Part shown: positions 26,740 to 36,277 of the stretch, one piece after another | Numbering within the stretch: position 1 is the first letter of the stretch | Layout of the letters: each line of letters starts with the position of its first letter | Assembly: GCA_963842085.1 (NCBI GenBank) | Contig: CAWJET010000001.1 | Span: 1,888,001 to 1,952,000, forward strand | Source of the DNA: an uncultured delta proteobacterium | GTDB taxonomy: Bacteria; Desulfobacterota; Binatia; Binatales; Binataceae | Reading direction: 5' to 3' | Length of the DNA stretch: 64,000 nucleotides | Translations under genes and position numbers: made by a program | The notes under the pieces: generated by a model | Seen by the model: the letters and a program-made list of their open reading frames with translations, nothing else | What the model was told of the DNA's origin: nothing | The model's database searches: none

Positions 26740-27576
26740 CTAATCGCCCGGCTCGTTTTTCCATTCCTCGGGATAGAGCAGCAGCAAATCCTGGCCGAGC
26801 GCGCGCACCAGGAAGCGCTGCGTCTCGTTGATCGCGCGTTCGAGCGCCCGCCCGCCAATCAGCCAATGCCCGCGGCCCGCGATCGTCGCCATCTTCGCGC
26901 CGATCGACTCGGCAAATTTTGTCGTCTGCGGCAGCGGCGCGAAGATGTCCGAATCGCCCGCCACGACGAGCCGCGGTGCGGCTTTGTCCGCCGCGGCAAA
27001 CTCGATCGCTCCGCTCGTCACATCGCTAGCCAACGCACCGGAGTCGGGCACCATCGCATTTATCAGGCCGTCGCGAGTGAACGGATCGGAATCGGCGATC
27101 AGCTCGAACAATATCCGTCCGTGCGGCGGCTTGATCGGTCCGCCCAGCATCATCGCGAGCCGATTCGCGAATCCGCCCACCAGCGGCGTGCGAAAGCCAG
27201 GTGCCAGCGGTGCGTACGCGACTGCGGCCTTTACTCGGCGACGCTCGCTGAGTTTGAGCGCGATCAATCCGCCAACACCGTGACCGAGCACGACTGCGTC
27301 GCGGCCCATCCCCTCGATTGCCTCGCCCGCCAGCGCGGTCAAATCGTTGAAGTGAAGTTTTTCGAGCGAGGGCGTCGCGCCTTTGCCGAACGCAGCCCGC
27401 AGATCCGGCACGAACACTTCCCATCCGATCGACGCGAGATAGCCGAGCACGAGTGCAAGATGCCGCGGCGTCGTGAACAGTTCAGGCAGCAGCACGATGG
27501 GCCACGCGAACTTGACCGGCTCGGGCAGCTCGCGTTGCGCGGGGATGCGGCCCAGTTCGATTTCGTTGTCGTCCAC
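26740..27576 (-). CDS. Alpha/beta-hydrolase fold protein lacking the nucleophile Ser
   Basis: Elbow LGHGVGG, acid GDSD, His GRGHW; GTG start inferred. Confidence 0.75.
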   Translation of the reverse strand: MDDNEIELGRIPAQRELPEPVKFAWPIVLLPELFTTPRHLALVLGYLASIGWEVFVPDLRAAFGKGATPSLEKLHFNDLTALAGEAIEGMGRDAVVLGHGVGGLIALKLSERRRVKAAVAYAPLAPGFRTPLVGGFANRLAMMLGGPIKPPHGRILFELIADSDPFTRDGLINAMVPDSGALASDVTSGAIEFAAADKAAPRLVVAGDSDIFAPLPQTTKFAESIGAKMATIAGRGHWLIGGRALERAINETQRFLVRALGQDLLLLYPEEWKNEPGD

Positions 27577-27587
27577 CGGACTGCGGA

Positions 27588-28850
27588 CTAGGCGGCCCGC
27601 GACGCCGCCGCCATCAGCCGCGCGAATCGGAACGACGGAAACGCGGCGCGCGGCGTAATCATCTGCGCGAACCTGATCATCTCGTCCGCCGCCCACTGTT
27701 CGCGGCTCGCCGCGCGATGCGCATAACGGCTGGCCGGATCGAGCCCGAGTTCCTGCGAGGCGCGAACGCTCGACCTGTAGTACGGCATCAACTCCGCATC
27801 ACGACGCCGCGTGAATTCAGCCAGCGTCGCCGCGGGAATCGAGTTGCTGCGGCCGTTGGAAAACCACTCGCGCGCGAGCTCGCCGGCGATCCATGCGCTC
27901 ATCAGCGCCAGCGAATGCCCCTGGCCGAACAGCGGATCGACGTGCAAGCCCGCGTCGCCGAGCAGGAGCGCTCCATCAGTCACCGGATTGCGATACGTGT
28001 TGTTGAGCAGGCCCGAGGAAAACACCTTGCCCGCCATCGTCGCGCCCTCGAGCATTTTGCCAACCGCGAACGAACGGTTCAGGTAGGTGCGCAGATTCGA
28101 CGCGAGGTCGGTGCGGAAGGTTTGCATCTCGGCCGCGTCGAATGCGGTCGCCGCGACCGTGAGTCCGTTCTCGCATCGACACAGCAGGTTGCCCGCGCCG
28201 GGGGCGGCCTCGAATTCCACGACCAATTCGTCGCCGAGGTTTTTGCGCGCGACGCCTTCGAAGTACGCATAGTAATAGGCGCGTGCGCATGGAACGTCGA
28301 TGCGCTTGAACGCGCCGATTCGCGCCGACGCGATCTGCGCGACCGTGCTGCGCATCCCGTCGGCGCCGATTGTCAGCGGCGCGCGAAACTCGTGGACGCC
28401 CGACGCATCCTCGCCGCGAATTCCGACCACGGCGCCATCTTCAATGAGCAGATCGACGAGCCTCAAGCGCTCGCGAAACGTGACACCGTCGAAACTCCGC
28501 GCCGCATCGATCATCGCAGCATCCATCAACACGCGCCCCAGACACAGTCCGCGATCGTCGGCGCCGTCGCGCGCGAGTTCGCCGCGGTAGTCGAAGTCCG
28601 GACCGATCGTGCGCATCCGCGCAAAGCGGACGCCGCCCAGGCGCTCGAGCATATCGAGCACGCCCATTCGCTCGAGCACTCTCGTTCCGCCACCGAGCAC
28701 GATGTGCGTCGAAAGCCGGTCCGACGGGAAGGCATCCTTATCGACCAGCAAAACGCGGCGCCCGTCGCGCGCAAGTAAAATCGCGGCCGCGCTGCCGGCG
28801 ACGCGCGCGCCAACAATTATCGCGTCAAAATTTTTCGCCGACTCGGACAT
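27588..28850 (-). CDS. FAD-dependent oxidoreductase (geranylgeranyl reductase/flavin monooxygenase-like)
   Basis: IVGARVAG, IGADGMRS, LLGDAG..DPLFGQG. Confidence 0.88.
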   Translation of the reverse strand: MSESAKNFDAIIVGARVAGSAAAILLARDGRRVLLVDKDAFPSDRLSTHIVLGGGTRVLERMGVLDMLERLGGVRFARMRTIGPDFDYRGELARDGADDRGLCLGRVLMDAAMIDAARSFDGVTFRERLRLVDLLIEDGAVVGIRGEDASGVHEFRAPLTIGADGMRSTVAQIASARIGAFKRIDVPCARAYYYAYFEGVARKNLGDELVVEFEAAPGAGNLLCRCENGLTVAATAFDAAEMQTFRTDLASNLRTYLNRSFAVGKMLEGATMAGKVFSSGLLNNTYRNPVTDGALLLGDAGLHVDPLFGQGHSLALMSAWIAGELAREWFSNGRSNSIPAATLAEFTRRRDAELMPYYRSSVRASQELGLDPASRYAHRAASREQWAADEMIRFAQMITPRAAFPSFRFARLMAAASRAA

Positions 28851-28923
28851 TAAGCTTGCGTACCTTCGCGGGCGATTGAACCCTATCATGTTGACCGCGC
28901 GTGTTCCCAAGCGAGCGCCACAT

Positions 28924-28957
28924 AAGGAAAGAGCCCCCTCTTTCAAGGGGGCTCTCC
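28924..28957 (-). terminator. Intrinsic terminator of the micropeptide transcript
   Basis: Minus strand GAGAGCCCCC-TTGAAAGA-GGGGGCTCTTTCCTT. Confidence 0.7.
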
Positions 28958-29058
28958 CGTGTTGCGAGGCCCTTCAGCCTCGGCTTATTCCAGCAGCAAA
29001 TCCTGGCAGCCTTAGCCAGCCTTCGGGGTATTGGCCCGAAGGTAAACTCGTTAAGTGG

Positions 29059-29163
29059 TTACTTCTTTTTGGTCTTTTTGGCCGGTTTCTTCTTTGCCAT
29101 TTTGCTCTTTCGCATCGGTTTGGACTTGGTGGCCTTTTTGGCCCGTTTCCTTCTCACTGGCAT
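29059..29163 (-). CDS. 34-aa Lys/Arg-rich micropeptide (histone H1-tail/protamine-like), absent from the ORF track
   Basis: MPVRRKRAKKATKSKPMRKSKMAKKKPAKKTKKK*, RBS AGAGGAGG, own promoter and terminator. Confidence 0.75.
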   Translation of the reverse strand: MPVRRKRAKKATKSKPMRKSKMAKKKPAKKTKKK

Positions 29164-29245
29164 AGGTACCTCCTCTTCCTAGGCTGCTACTGGACAAGCA
29201 CCCTTTTCTTATGGATGAGGGTTCATCCCTCATCGAGTCGGGCCG

Positions 29246-29274
29246 ATTATAGAAACATGTTATTCTCAAATCAA
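29246..29274 (-). promoter_or_regulatory. Sigma70-type promoter for the micropeptide gene
   Basis: TTGATT (29274-29269), 17-bp spacer, TATAAT (29251-29246). Confidence 0.75.
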
Positions 29275-29409
29275 GGGTTACGAGGTGATTTATAAAGAAA
29301 TTTTAAAGTCGAAAGAGTGCAACCTAACCGGTCTGTTTCGGCTCTTTAGAATGTCGTTCAAAATTAGATCGCTTGAACTGGACCAGGCGCTTGGATTACG
29401 ATTCCTCGG

Positions 29410-29739
29410 ATGACCCGGTTAAGCTTCGTACTCCGCCGCGAGTGGCTCAGCCTAATCTTCGGCGGGGTGCTCGTGATGCTGCTGCTGAGCGCCCTGCTCG
29501 GCAACCTGGGTCCGCGCGACCTGCTCGCCCTCCAGAGCCATCGCGCCGCGTTGGAGGAGCGCCGCAATCAACTGGCAGCGGACAACGCCGCGTTCAGAAC
29601 GCGCATTCAGAAGCTTCGTTCCGACGACCGCTATATCGAACGCCTCATTCGCCGCGAGCTTGGCTACGCCCGCCCCGATGAACTGGTGTACAAGTTCACC
29701 GGCGACGCGGATCGCGACGACGACACGCCGTCGCGCTGA
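29410..29739 (+). CDS. ftsB: Septum formation initiator (FtsB/DivIC family)
   Basis: One TM, coiled coil, YIERLIRRELGYARPDELVY. Confidence 0.8.
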   Translation: MTRLSFVLRREWLSLIFGGVLVMLLLSALLGNLGPRDLLALQSHRAALEERRNQLAADNAAFRTRIQKLRSDDRYIERLIRRELGYARPDELVYKFTGDADRDDDTPSR

Positions 29740-29753
29740 ACGGTTCGCAACTA

Positions 29754-31088
29754 TCAGAAAACGGCGCGCGAGATCAGCCGGTACTCGCGCGCCTGGCGCT
29801 CCAGCTCTTCGCGGAAATCAGGATGCGCGATCGAGATCAGCGCGCGCGCCCGCTCCGGCACTGATTTGCCCTTCAGATTGACCATCCCGTACTCGGTCAC
29901 CACGTACATCACGTCGGTGCGCGGCGTCGTCACGATGTTGCAGTCGTCGATGCGCGCGACGATTCGGCTCGCGCGCCGCCCGCTACGTTCGAAGGTCGAA
30001 GCGAGACACAGGAATGACTTGCCCCCGCGCGAGGCGTACGCACCGCGCACGAATTGCAGTTGTCCGCCGGTGCCGCTTATCTGCCGTACTCCCGCCGACT
30101 CGGAGCACGTCTGCCCGGTGAGATCGATTTGCGCCGCGTTGCAGATCGAGATGACGCGATCGTTCTGCATGATGTGATGCGGCAGGTTGGTGTAGTCGAC
30201 CGGTCCCGCGAAGCATGCGGCGTTGCGATCGAGGAAGTCGTACATCCGTTTCGAGCCCGCCGCGAAGGTGTACGCCATCTGGTAGCGATTGGTCGCCTTG
30301 TGCGCGCCGGTCACCTTGCCGGCCTCGTAAAGCGAGACCAGCGAATCGACGAACATCTCGGTATGCACGCCGAGGTCCTTGATCGGCGCGGCCGCCAGCA
30401 ACTCGCAGACCGCGTTGGGCATCGCGCCGATGCCGATTTGAACGCAGGCGCCGCTGGGAATTTCCGGCGCGATCAGCTCCGCGACTTTCTGATCGACCGC
30501 GCTCGCGGCGGGATTCTTCAGCTCCGGCAACTCGGACACGCCGCCGTCCAGCACGTACTCGACATCATCTATATGGACCGCGTTCTCGATTCCGAAAACG
30601 TACGGCACGCTGGCGTCGGTCTCGACGATCAGGGTCTTCGCCTTTTCGCTGATCGCCTTGTGATAGGTGACCGACGGTCCGAAGTTGAAGAATCCGTGCT
30701 CGTCCATCGGCGCGGTCTTCAACACCGCGACATCCACGTCGACGAAGCGGCGATAGTTGTCGGGCGCCTCGCCGAAGTTCATCGGGATATGATGCGCGAG
30801 GCCGCGATCGTGCATCTTTCTTTCCAACCCCGAGAAATACCACGACAGGTAGGTGAGATGACGCTCCTCCGGATCCGCCTCGGCCGCCGCACGCGGGCGC
30901 AGCGCAAGGCATCCGCGGATTTTCACGCGTTCGAGCGTTCGCGCTCGCCCTGCCAACGCGCGATCGAACAAATCCGGCTGCCCGAGTCCGAATCCGTACT
31001 CGACCCAATCGCCGGATTTGACCTTGGCCGCCGCTTCCTCGGCGCTGACTTTTTTGCGTTTGAGTTTTCCCTCGTGGGAAGTCGCCAT
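29754..31088 (-). CDS. Acetyl-CoA hydrolase/transferase (4-hydroxybutyrate CoA-transferase-like)
   Basis: QIGIGAMPNAV, LGVHTEM, ISGTGGQLQF, VTEYG, IAHPDFRE. Confidence 0.9.
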   Translation of the reverse strand: MATSHEGKLKRKKVSAEEAAAKVKSGDWVEYGFGLGQPDLFDRALAGRARTLERVKIRGCLALRPRAAAEADPEERHLTYLSWYFSGLERKMHDRGLAHHIPMNFGEAPDNYRRFVDVDVAVLKTAPMDEHGFFNFGPSVTYHKAISEKAKTLIVETDASVPYVFGIENAVHIDDVEYVLDGGVSELPELKNPAASAVDQKVAELIAPEIPSGACVQIGIGAMPNAVCELLAAAPIKDLGVHTEMFVDSLVSLYEAGKVTGAHKATNRYQMAYTFAAGSKRMYDFLDRNAACFAGPVDYTNLPHHIMQNDRVISICNAAQIDLTGQTCSESAGVRQISGTGGQLQFVRGAYASRGGKSFLCLASTFERSGRRASRIVARIDDCNIVTTPRTDVMYVVTEYGMVNLKGKSVPERARALISIAHPDFREELERQAREYRLISRAVF

Positions 31089-31172
31089 CGGTACGCCCTC
31101 GTGTTGATTGCGATAGCTTCGCTTGACTGCGCGGCCGGCGTAGGATTCTCTGCAACCCGCGTACTCCAATCA

Positions 31173-32381
31173 ATGCCAAGTATCGAACCAGTCACGCAAG
31201 CGCGCGCCGGGGCTCCTGCAGCCTCGCGGCTGATACTGTTTCTGACCGTCTTTATCGATCTGCTCGGCTTCGGAATCGTCATACCGTTCCTGCCGATGTT
31301 TGCGCACGGCATGGGGGTCGGCGCGATCGGGGTGGGTCTGCTGCTTTCGATCTATTCGCTGATGCAATTCGTGTTCGCGCCGATTCTGGGCCGAATCTCC
31401 GATCGCGTGGGACGCCGGCCGATCCTCTTGCTCGGATTGCTCGGCTCGTCGCTCGGCTATTTGATTTACGGATTTGCCGACACGTTCTTCTGGCTGCTCG
31501 CGTCGCGCGCGATGCACGGCGCGTGCGCCGCCACGATTTCGACCGCGCAGGCCTACATCGCCGACACCACCGACGCCGAGCATCGCGCCGGGGGCATGGG
31601 ACTGATCGGCGCCGCGTTCGGACTCGGCTTCGTGCTGGGCCCGGCGCTCGGCGGCACTATGGGGCATTCGAGCCTGCGCGTGCCGGTGTTCTTCGCCAGC
31701 GCGCTGACGTTCGCGAACTTCATCTTCGCCGCCGCCCGGCTGCCCGAGTCGCATCATCCCGATCGCTCAGCGCCGCTCGACCTCGCCCACTTCGTCGCGC
31801 CGCTGCTGGCAATCCCGCGCCAGCTCGTGGGCCATCGCCTGGCACGCATGTTCGCGATTGCATTTCTGCTGACGTTTTCGTTGTCCGCGCTCGAAGCCAC
31901 GTTTGCGCTGATGGTGCCCGTAATTTACGGTTACGGCGCGTTGGGCATCGGTGTGTTGCTGGCATTCGCCGGCCTGATGCAGGCGCTGGCGCAGGGCTAT
32001 CTGCTGGGGAAGGTCGTGCGTCGCTTGGGCGAGGTGCGGCTGCTGAAAATCGGCGTGATCGCGATGATCGCCGGGTTGGCGCCGATGGGCTCGATTTCAT
32101 CGCACGGCGCCTTGCTCGCGATGCTGGCCGCCCTCTCGATCGGTTACGGCTTCGCCAGCCCGTCGATCGCGAGCCTCATCTCGCGCAACACCAGCCGCGA
32201 TTTGCAGGGTGAAGTGATGGGCGTGAATCAGTCTGCCCTGTCGCTCGCCCGCATCTGCGGCCCGGTTGCCGGGGGCCTCGCGTATCAGCTGATCGGACCC
32301 GCGGCGCCCTACCTTGGCGGCGCCGCGGTCGCTATGCTCGCGTTCGCAACCGCCAGCGGTGTCGACATGCAGGCAATCTGA
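31173..32381 (+). CDS. DHA1-family (TetA-like) MFS transporter
   Basis: FIDLLGFGIVIP, GRISDRVGRRP, AYIAD, GPALGG. Confidence 0.9.
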   Translation: MPSIEPVTQARAGAPAASRLILFLTVFIDLLGFGIVIPFLPMFAHGMGVGAIGVGLLLSIYSLMQFVFAPILGRISDRVGRRPILLLGLLGSSLGYLIYGFADTFFWLLASRAMHGACAATISTAQAYIADTTDAEHRAGGMGLIGAAFGLGFVLGPALGGTMGHSSLRVPVFFASALTFANFIFAAARLPESHHPDRSAPLDLAHFVAPLLAIPRQLVGHRLARMFAIAFLLTFSLSALEATFALMVPVIYGYGALGIGVLLAFAGLMQALAQGYLLGKVVRRLGEVRLLKIGVIAMIAGLAPMGSISSHGALLAMLAALSIGYGFASPSIASLISRNTSRDLQGEVMGVNQSALSLARICGPVAGGLAYQLIGPAAPYLGGAAVAMLAFATASGVDMQAI

Positions 32382-32399
32382 CGCAATCGGGGGAATTCG

Positions 32400-32828
32400 A
32401 TGATCTTTCTTCGCGGTTTCATACTCGCACTTCACATCTTCGGCGTGATCTTCTGGATGGGCGGGCTACTGATGATCACCAGCCTGCTGGCGCGCGTGCC
32501 GGAAGAAGTCGGACTGCCCAAGGAACGCTTTCTCGGCGCGGCGCGCGGTTTGTTCGAGTCGACAATCAACCTGGGCGCCGCAATCAGCATCATTCTCGGC
32601 CTTCTGCTGATTCTCATGTATCCGTCGGTGCTGCGGCACGGATGGCTGCACGTGAAGCTGCTGCTGGTCGCGATCCTGCTCTTTTATCACGTGCGGTTTT
32701 ATCGCCGGATCAAGTTCCTCGAGAACAATCCGAGCCAGTCTTCGCGGCGCGAGTTTCGCGTCATCCACGGGATGGTGAGCGCCCTGCTGATCGCGATCCT
32801 GCTGCTGACCGTGCTGAAACCCTTCTAG
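32400..32828 (+). CDS. hemJ: HemJ-like protoporphyrinogen IX oxidase (CopD/UPF0093 family)
   Basis: ALHIFGVIFWMGGL, GWLHVKL, C-terminal KPF; four TM. Confidence 0.75.
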   Translation: MIFLRGFILALHIFGVIFWMGGLLMITSLLARVPEEVGLPKERFLGAARGLFESTINLGAAISIILGLLLILMYPSVLRHGWLHVKLLLVAILLFYHVRFYRRIKFLENNPSQSSRREFRVIHGMVSALLIAILLLTVLKPF

Positions 32829-32883
32829 CAGCAGGCGTCCGCTTCCCTCTCTCCAATCCCCCGCCCGATAACGGACGAGGGAA

Positions 32884-33660
32884 CTAGAACTGGTCCTTGA
32901 GTTCGCGGGCCTTGGCAAAAATCGCGATCGGATCGTCATCCACCGACGGATCGTGCTTCTTCAGGTTCGCGCGCAGCTCGGGGCTGTCGGTGCGCAGAAA
33001 CGGATTGGTTTTCTTCTCGTCGCCGATCGTGGATGGCACCGTGAACTGGTTCTGTGCGCGCGTCTTCAGGCTCCACTCGTGCTTGTTTTTCAGGGCCTGG
33101 TTCCCCGGCTCCAGCGTCAGCGCGAAGCGCAGATTTTTCTCGGTGTACTCATGCCCGCAATAGACCTGGGTCGCGTCGGGCAGCGCCGCGAGCTTCTTCA
33201 ACGACGCGACCATCGTCGCGGCCCTGCCTTCGAACACGCGGCCGCATCCGCCGACAAACATCGTGTCGCCGGTAAAGACCGCGCCGAGCGCTGGAAAATA
33301 GTACGCGACGTGGCCGTTGGTGTGCGCCGGGATTCCGATCACGCGGCCTTCGAGCGCGCCGATCCGGACGTTGTCGCCGTCGGCGACCGCATCGGTCAGC
33401 GCGGGAATCCTTCCGCCCTCCGCACTCGCGCCATACACTTTGATTCCCGGCACCTTCGACGCGATGTCATGGTTGCCACCGGAATGATCGCCGTGCCAAT
33501 GCGTGGTCAGCACCGCGACGAGCTTCGCGCCGTGCGATTTCGCGGCCGCGATCACCTTGTCGGCCTCCGCGCAATCAACGACCGCGCATTCCTTGCTGCC
33601 GTCGTCGATCACCAGGTAGGCGTAGTTGTCCGATAGCTGCGGGACTGTGACTATTGGCAT
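32884..33660 (-). CDS. gloB: Hydroxyacylglutathione hydrolase (glyoxalase II)
   Basis: DNYAYL, THWHGDHSGG, FTGDTMF..GCG, CGHEYT, TNPFLR. Confidence 0.92.
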   Translation of the reverse strand: MPIVTVPQLSDNYAYLVIDDGSKECAVVDCAEADKVIAAAKSHGAKLVAVLTTHWHGDHSGGNHDIASKVPGIKVYGASAEGGRIPALTDAVADGDNVRIGALEGRVIGIPAHTNGHVAYYFPALGAVFTGDTMFVGGCGRVFEGRAATMVASLKKLAALPDATQVYCGHEYTEKNLRFALTLEPGNQALKNKHEWSLKTRAQNQFTVPSTIGDEKKTNPFLRTDSPELRANLKKHDPSVDDDPIAIFAKARELKDQF

Positions 33661-33677
33661 CGCGATACTCCTTGCAG

Positions 33678-34451
33678 CTAGACGCCAACGATATTGTAGC
33701 CCACGTCCACGTAAAGCGTCTGGCCCGTGACGCCGCTGGAAAAATCGCTCAGCACGGCGGCCGCCATCTTGCCGACTTCCTCGATCTTCATCCCGCGGCG
33801 CAGGGGAGAGCGCGCCTCGACCTCGTGCGCCATCGTATGAAAGTCGCGAATCGCCGACGACGACAGCGTGCGTGCGGGCCCGGCGCTGAGCGCGTTGACG
33901 CGGATATTCTTGGCCCCGAGGTCAACTGACAAGTAGCGCACGCAGGCTTCCAGAGCGGCCTTCGCCACACCCATCACGTTGTAGTTGGGAATCGCGCGGA
34001 CCGCTCCCAGGTAGCTGAGCGTCAGGATCGAGCCGCCGCCGCGCGCTTCCATCAGCGGTTCCGCCGCGCGCGCGAGCGCGACCAGCGAGTAGGCGCTGAT
34101 CTCCATCGACTTTTTGAAATTCTCGCGGCTCACCGTCAGAAATCGATCGCGCAGATCTTCCCGCTCCGCAAATGCGACCGCATGCACCAACAGGTCAAGC
34201 CCGTTCCACTTTTGCTTGAGCGCCGCGAACACCGACGCGATTTGCGCATCGTCGTTCACGTCGAGTTCGCCGATCACGTCCGCCTCGATCTGCGCCGCCA
34301 GCGGACGGACGCGCTTTTCCAGGATCTCGCCCTGGTAGGTCATCGCGATCTCGGCGCCTTCCGCGGCCAGCGTTTGCGCTATCGACCACGCCAGGCTCTT
34401 GTCGTTCGCGACGCCCACCACCAGCGCCCGCTTGCCCTGTACTATGCCCAT
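33678..34451 (-). CDS. fabI: Enoyl-ACP reductase
   Basis: GVANDKSLAW, ISAYSL, YNVMGVAKAALE, SAGPARTL. Confidence 0.95.
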   Translation of the reverse strand: MGIVQGKRALVVGVANDKSLAWSIAQTLAAEGAEIAMTYQGEILEKRVRPLAAQIEADVIGELDVNDDAQIASVFAALKQKWNGLDLLVHAVAFAEREDLRDRFLTVSRENFKKSMEISAYSLVALARAAEPLMEARGGGSILTLSYLGAVRAIPNYNVMGVAKAALEACVRYLSVDLGAKNIRVNALSAGPARTLSSSAIRDFHTMAHEVEARSPLRRGMKIEEVGKMAAAVLSDFSSGVTGQTLYVDVGYNIVGV

Positions 34452-34499
34452 GGCGAGTATCCTTGTCTGCGACGGTGCGCGCGGCTCAGATCGAGATTC

Positions 34500-35273
34500 T
34501 CATATCTTAATCTTCATGCCGTCATAGCCCAGTTCAAGCGCGATCTCATCCTCGCGGCTCAGCACTTCGCGCCCGAGATGGGTCAGCACCATCCGGCGCA
34601 CCTTGAACTTGTCGCGGTTGGCGGCCAGCAGCGGGTAGTTGAGATGAAACTTCAGCTGCGCGCTTTCGAAGTACGTGCATTCGCACAGGAACAGGTCGGC
34701 GCCGTCGCTCAGCTCGACCAGTTCGTCGTTCCATCCGCTGTCGCCCGAGAACACGATCGACTTCCCGCCGCTGTCGATTCTGAGCGACAGCGAGATTTCC
34801 GGCCTGGTGTGCGGACTGCGAATCGCGCTCACCTTGAACTTGCCCAGCCGCGTCGAGCTCCCCGGCTCCAGCACCACGAACTTGAGCTTGTGCTTGATCT
34901 TGTCGACTTCGAAATGCGGGAACATCGTGCGCATCAGCGTCCAGGTCCGCTCCTCGAGCTTGGGCGGACCGGCGATCGTCAGCACCTTTTTGCGGCGCGT
35001 TTCCCACATGTAGTCGAGGATCAGGAACGGCAGGCCGGCGAAGTGATCGCCGTGCAGATGACTGACCAGTAGCAAATCGAAGCTATCGGTAGAAATACCG
35101 CCGCCCTTGAGCGCCGGCAGCAGCCCGGGCCCGGCTTCCAGCAGGATTCGGCCCGCAGGCGCGTCGATCAGATAACCCGATTGTGAACGGCCGAAACTCG
35201 CAAACGCATCGCCGGTGCCCAACAGGGTCACGGTCACCGGCGCACCGTTTCGTGCCGTAGGATTCTGATTCAT
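34500..35273 (-). CDS. MBL-fold metallo-hydrolase (RNase Z/BN-like)
   Basis: LGTG, SHLHGDHF, FSGDS, ECT, LTHL. Confidence 0.85.
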   Translation of the reverse strand: MNQNPTARNGAPVTVTLLGTGDAFASFGRSQSGYLIDAPAGRILLEAGPGLLPALKGGGISTDSFDLLLVSHLHGDHFAGLPFLILDYMWETRRKKVLTIAGPPKLEERTWTLMRTMFPHFEVDKIKHKLKFVVLEPGSSTRLGKFKVSAIRSPHTRPEISLSLRIDSGGKSIVFSGDSGWNDELVELSDGADLFLCECTYFESAQLKFHLNYPLLAANRDKFKVRRMVLTHLGREVLSREDEIALELGYDGMKIKI

Positions 35274-35329
35274 TGAGGCGGCCTATGCTATTATCATCTA
35301 CGGAAGCGCGCAAACGAGGAGCGCCCGGG

Positions 35330-36277
35330 ATGAAACAGGTGAAGATCGGGGTCGGTTTCGGACTCTGGCGGCTCGGGATGCCCCCGGCGGAAACGATCGC
35401 GCGCGTCGCCGAGCGCTCCGAAGATTGGGGCCTCGATTCCTTCTGGCTCTCCGATCACCTGCTCGCACCCTCGCCGGAACTCGACGTCGTCGCGACGCTG
35501 TCGCTCCTCGCCTCGCGCACCTCGCGCATGAAACTCGGGCCGAGCGTGCTGCTGCTCAACCTGCGCCACCCACTGCTGGTTGCGAAATCGTTCGCGTCGC
35601 TCGACTATCTGTCGGGCGGCCGGATGGTGATGGCGGTCGGCACCGGCGCCAACCTCGCCGACTACGCTGCCTGCGGGATTCCGCTCGAGGGACGCGGCAA
35701 GCGCCTCGACGAAGGAATCGAGGTGCTGCGCACGGTCTGGCGCGAGCGCGTCGCCAGCTACCACGGACGCTTCTTCAACTTCGACAACGTCACCATCGAG
35801 CCGCGTCCGGCCGCGCGCACCAACAACGATTTCGGCACGATGGACATCTGGGTCGGCGGCCGCTCCGACGCGGCGCTGAAACGCGCGGCGCGCCTGGCCG
35901 ACGGCTTCTTCGCGTCGTTCCAGACTCCCGACGAGTTCGGCACGAGCATGGCAAAGATTCGCGACTACGCGGCCGGCTACGGTCACGCCAACGCGCACAT
36001 CGAATCGGGACTCATCCTGCTCTGCCGCATCTCGTCGTCGCGCGAGCGCGCGCTCGAGGAGATGCGCCCGATGCTGTCGGCGATGGGCCGCGGCGCGGAG
36101 GCCTATCTCGAACGCACCGTTTACGGCTCTCCCGACGACGTGATCGCGCGCCTGGGCGAATATGTTGCCAAGGGTCTCGACAAATTTGTGCTGTGGCCAA
36201 TCGCGGAACCCGATGCGTGGCCGAAGCAAATCGAGCTGGTCGGCCGCGAAATTGCCTCCCACTACGCCGCTGCCTGA
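35330..36277 (+). CDS. LLM-class flavin (possibly F420)-dependent oxidoreductase
   Basis: DSFWLSDH, ASLDYLSGGR, WVGGRSDAALKRAARLADG. Confidence 0.9.
   Translation: MKQVKIGVGFGLWRLGMPPAETIARVAERSEDWGLDSFWLSDHLLAPSPELDVVATLSLLASRTSRMKLGPSVLLLNLRHPLLVAKSFASLDYLSGGRMVMAVGTGANLADYAACGIPLEGRGKRLDEGIEVLRTVWRERVASYHGRFFNFDNVTIEPRPAARTNNDFGTMDIWVGGRSDAALKRAARLADGFFASFQTPDEFGTSMAKIRDYAAGYGHANAHIESGLILLCRISSSRERALEEMRPMLSAMGRGAEAYLERTVYGSPDDVIARLGEYVAKGLDKFVLWPIAEPDAWPKQIELVGREIASHYAAA

Noticed and set aside
28924-29240. tmRNA or RNase P RNA
   Set aside because: No tRNA-like GGGG..CCA ends or tag peptide; no GAGGAAAGUCC motif
29051-29269. 72-aa minus ORF in the track
   Set aside because: Starts inside the promoter and has no RBS; the 34-aa frame has the RBS and promoter
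30054-31172. Long N-terminal extension of the MFS ORF
   Set aside because: Antisense shadow of the CoA-transferase gene; the MFS starts at 31173
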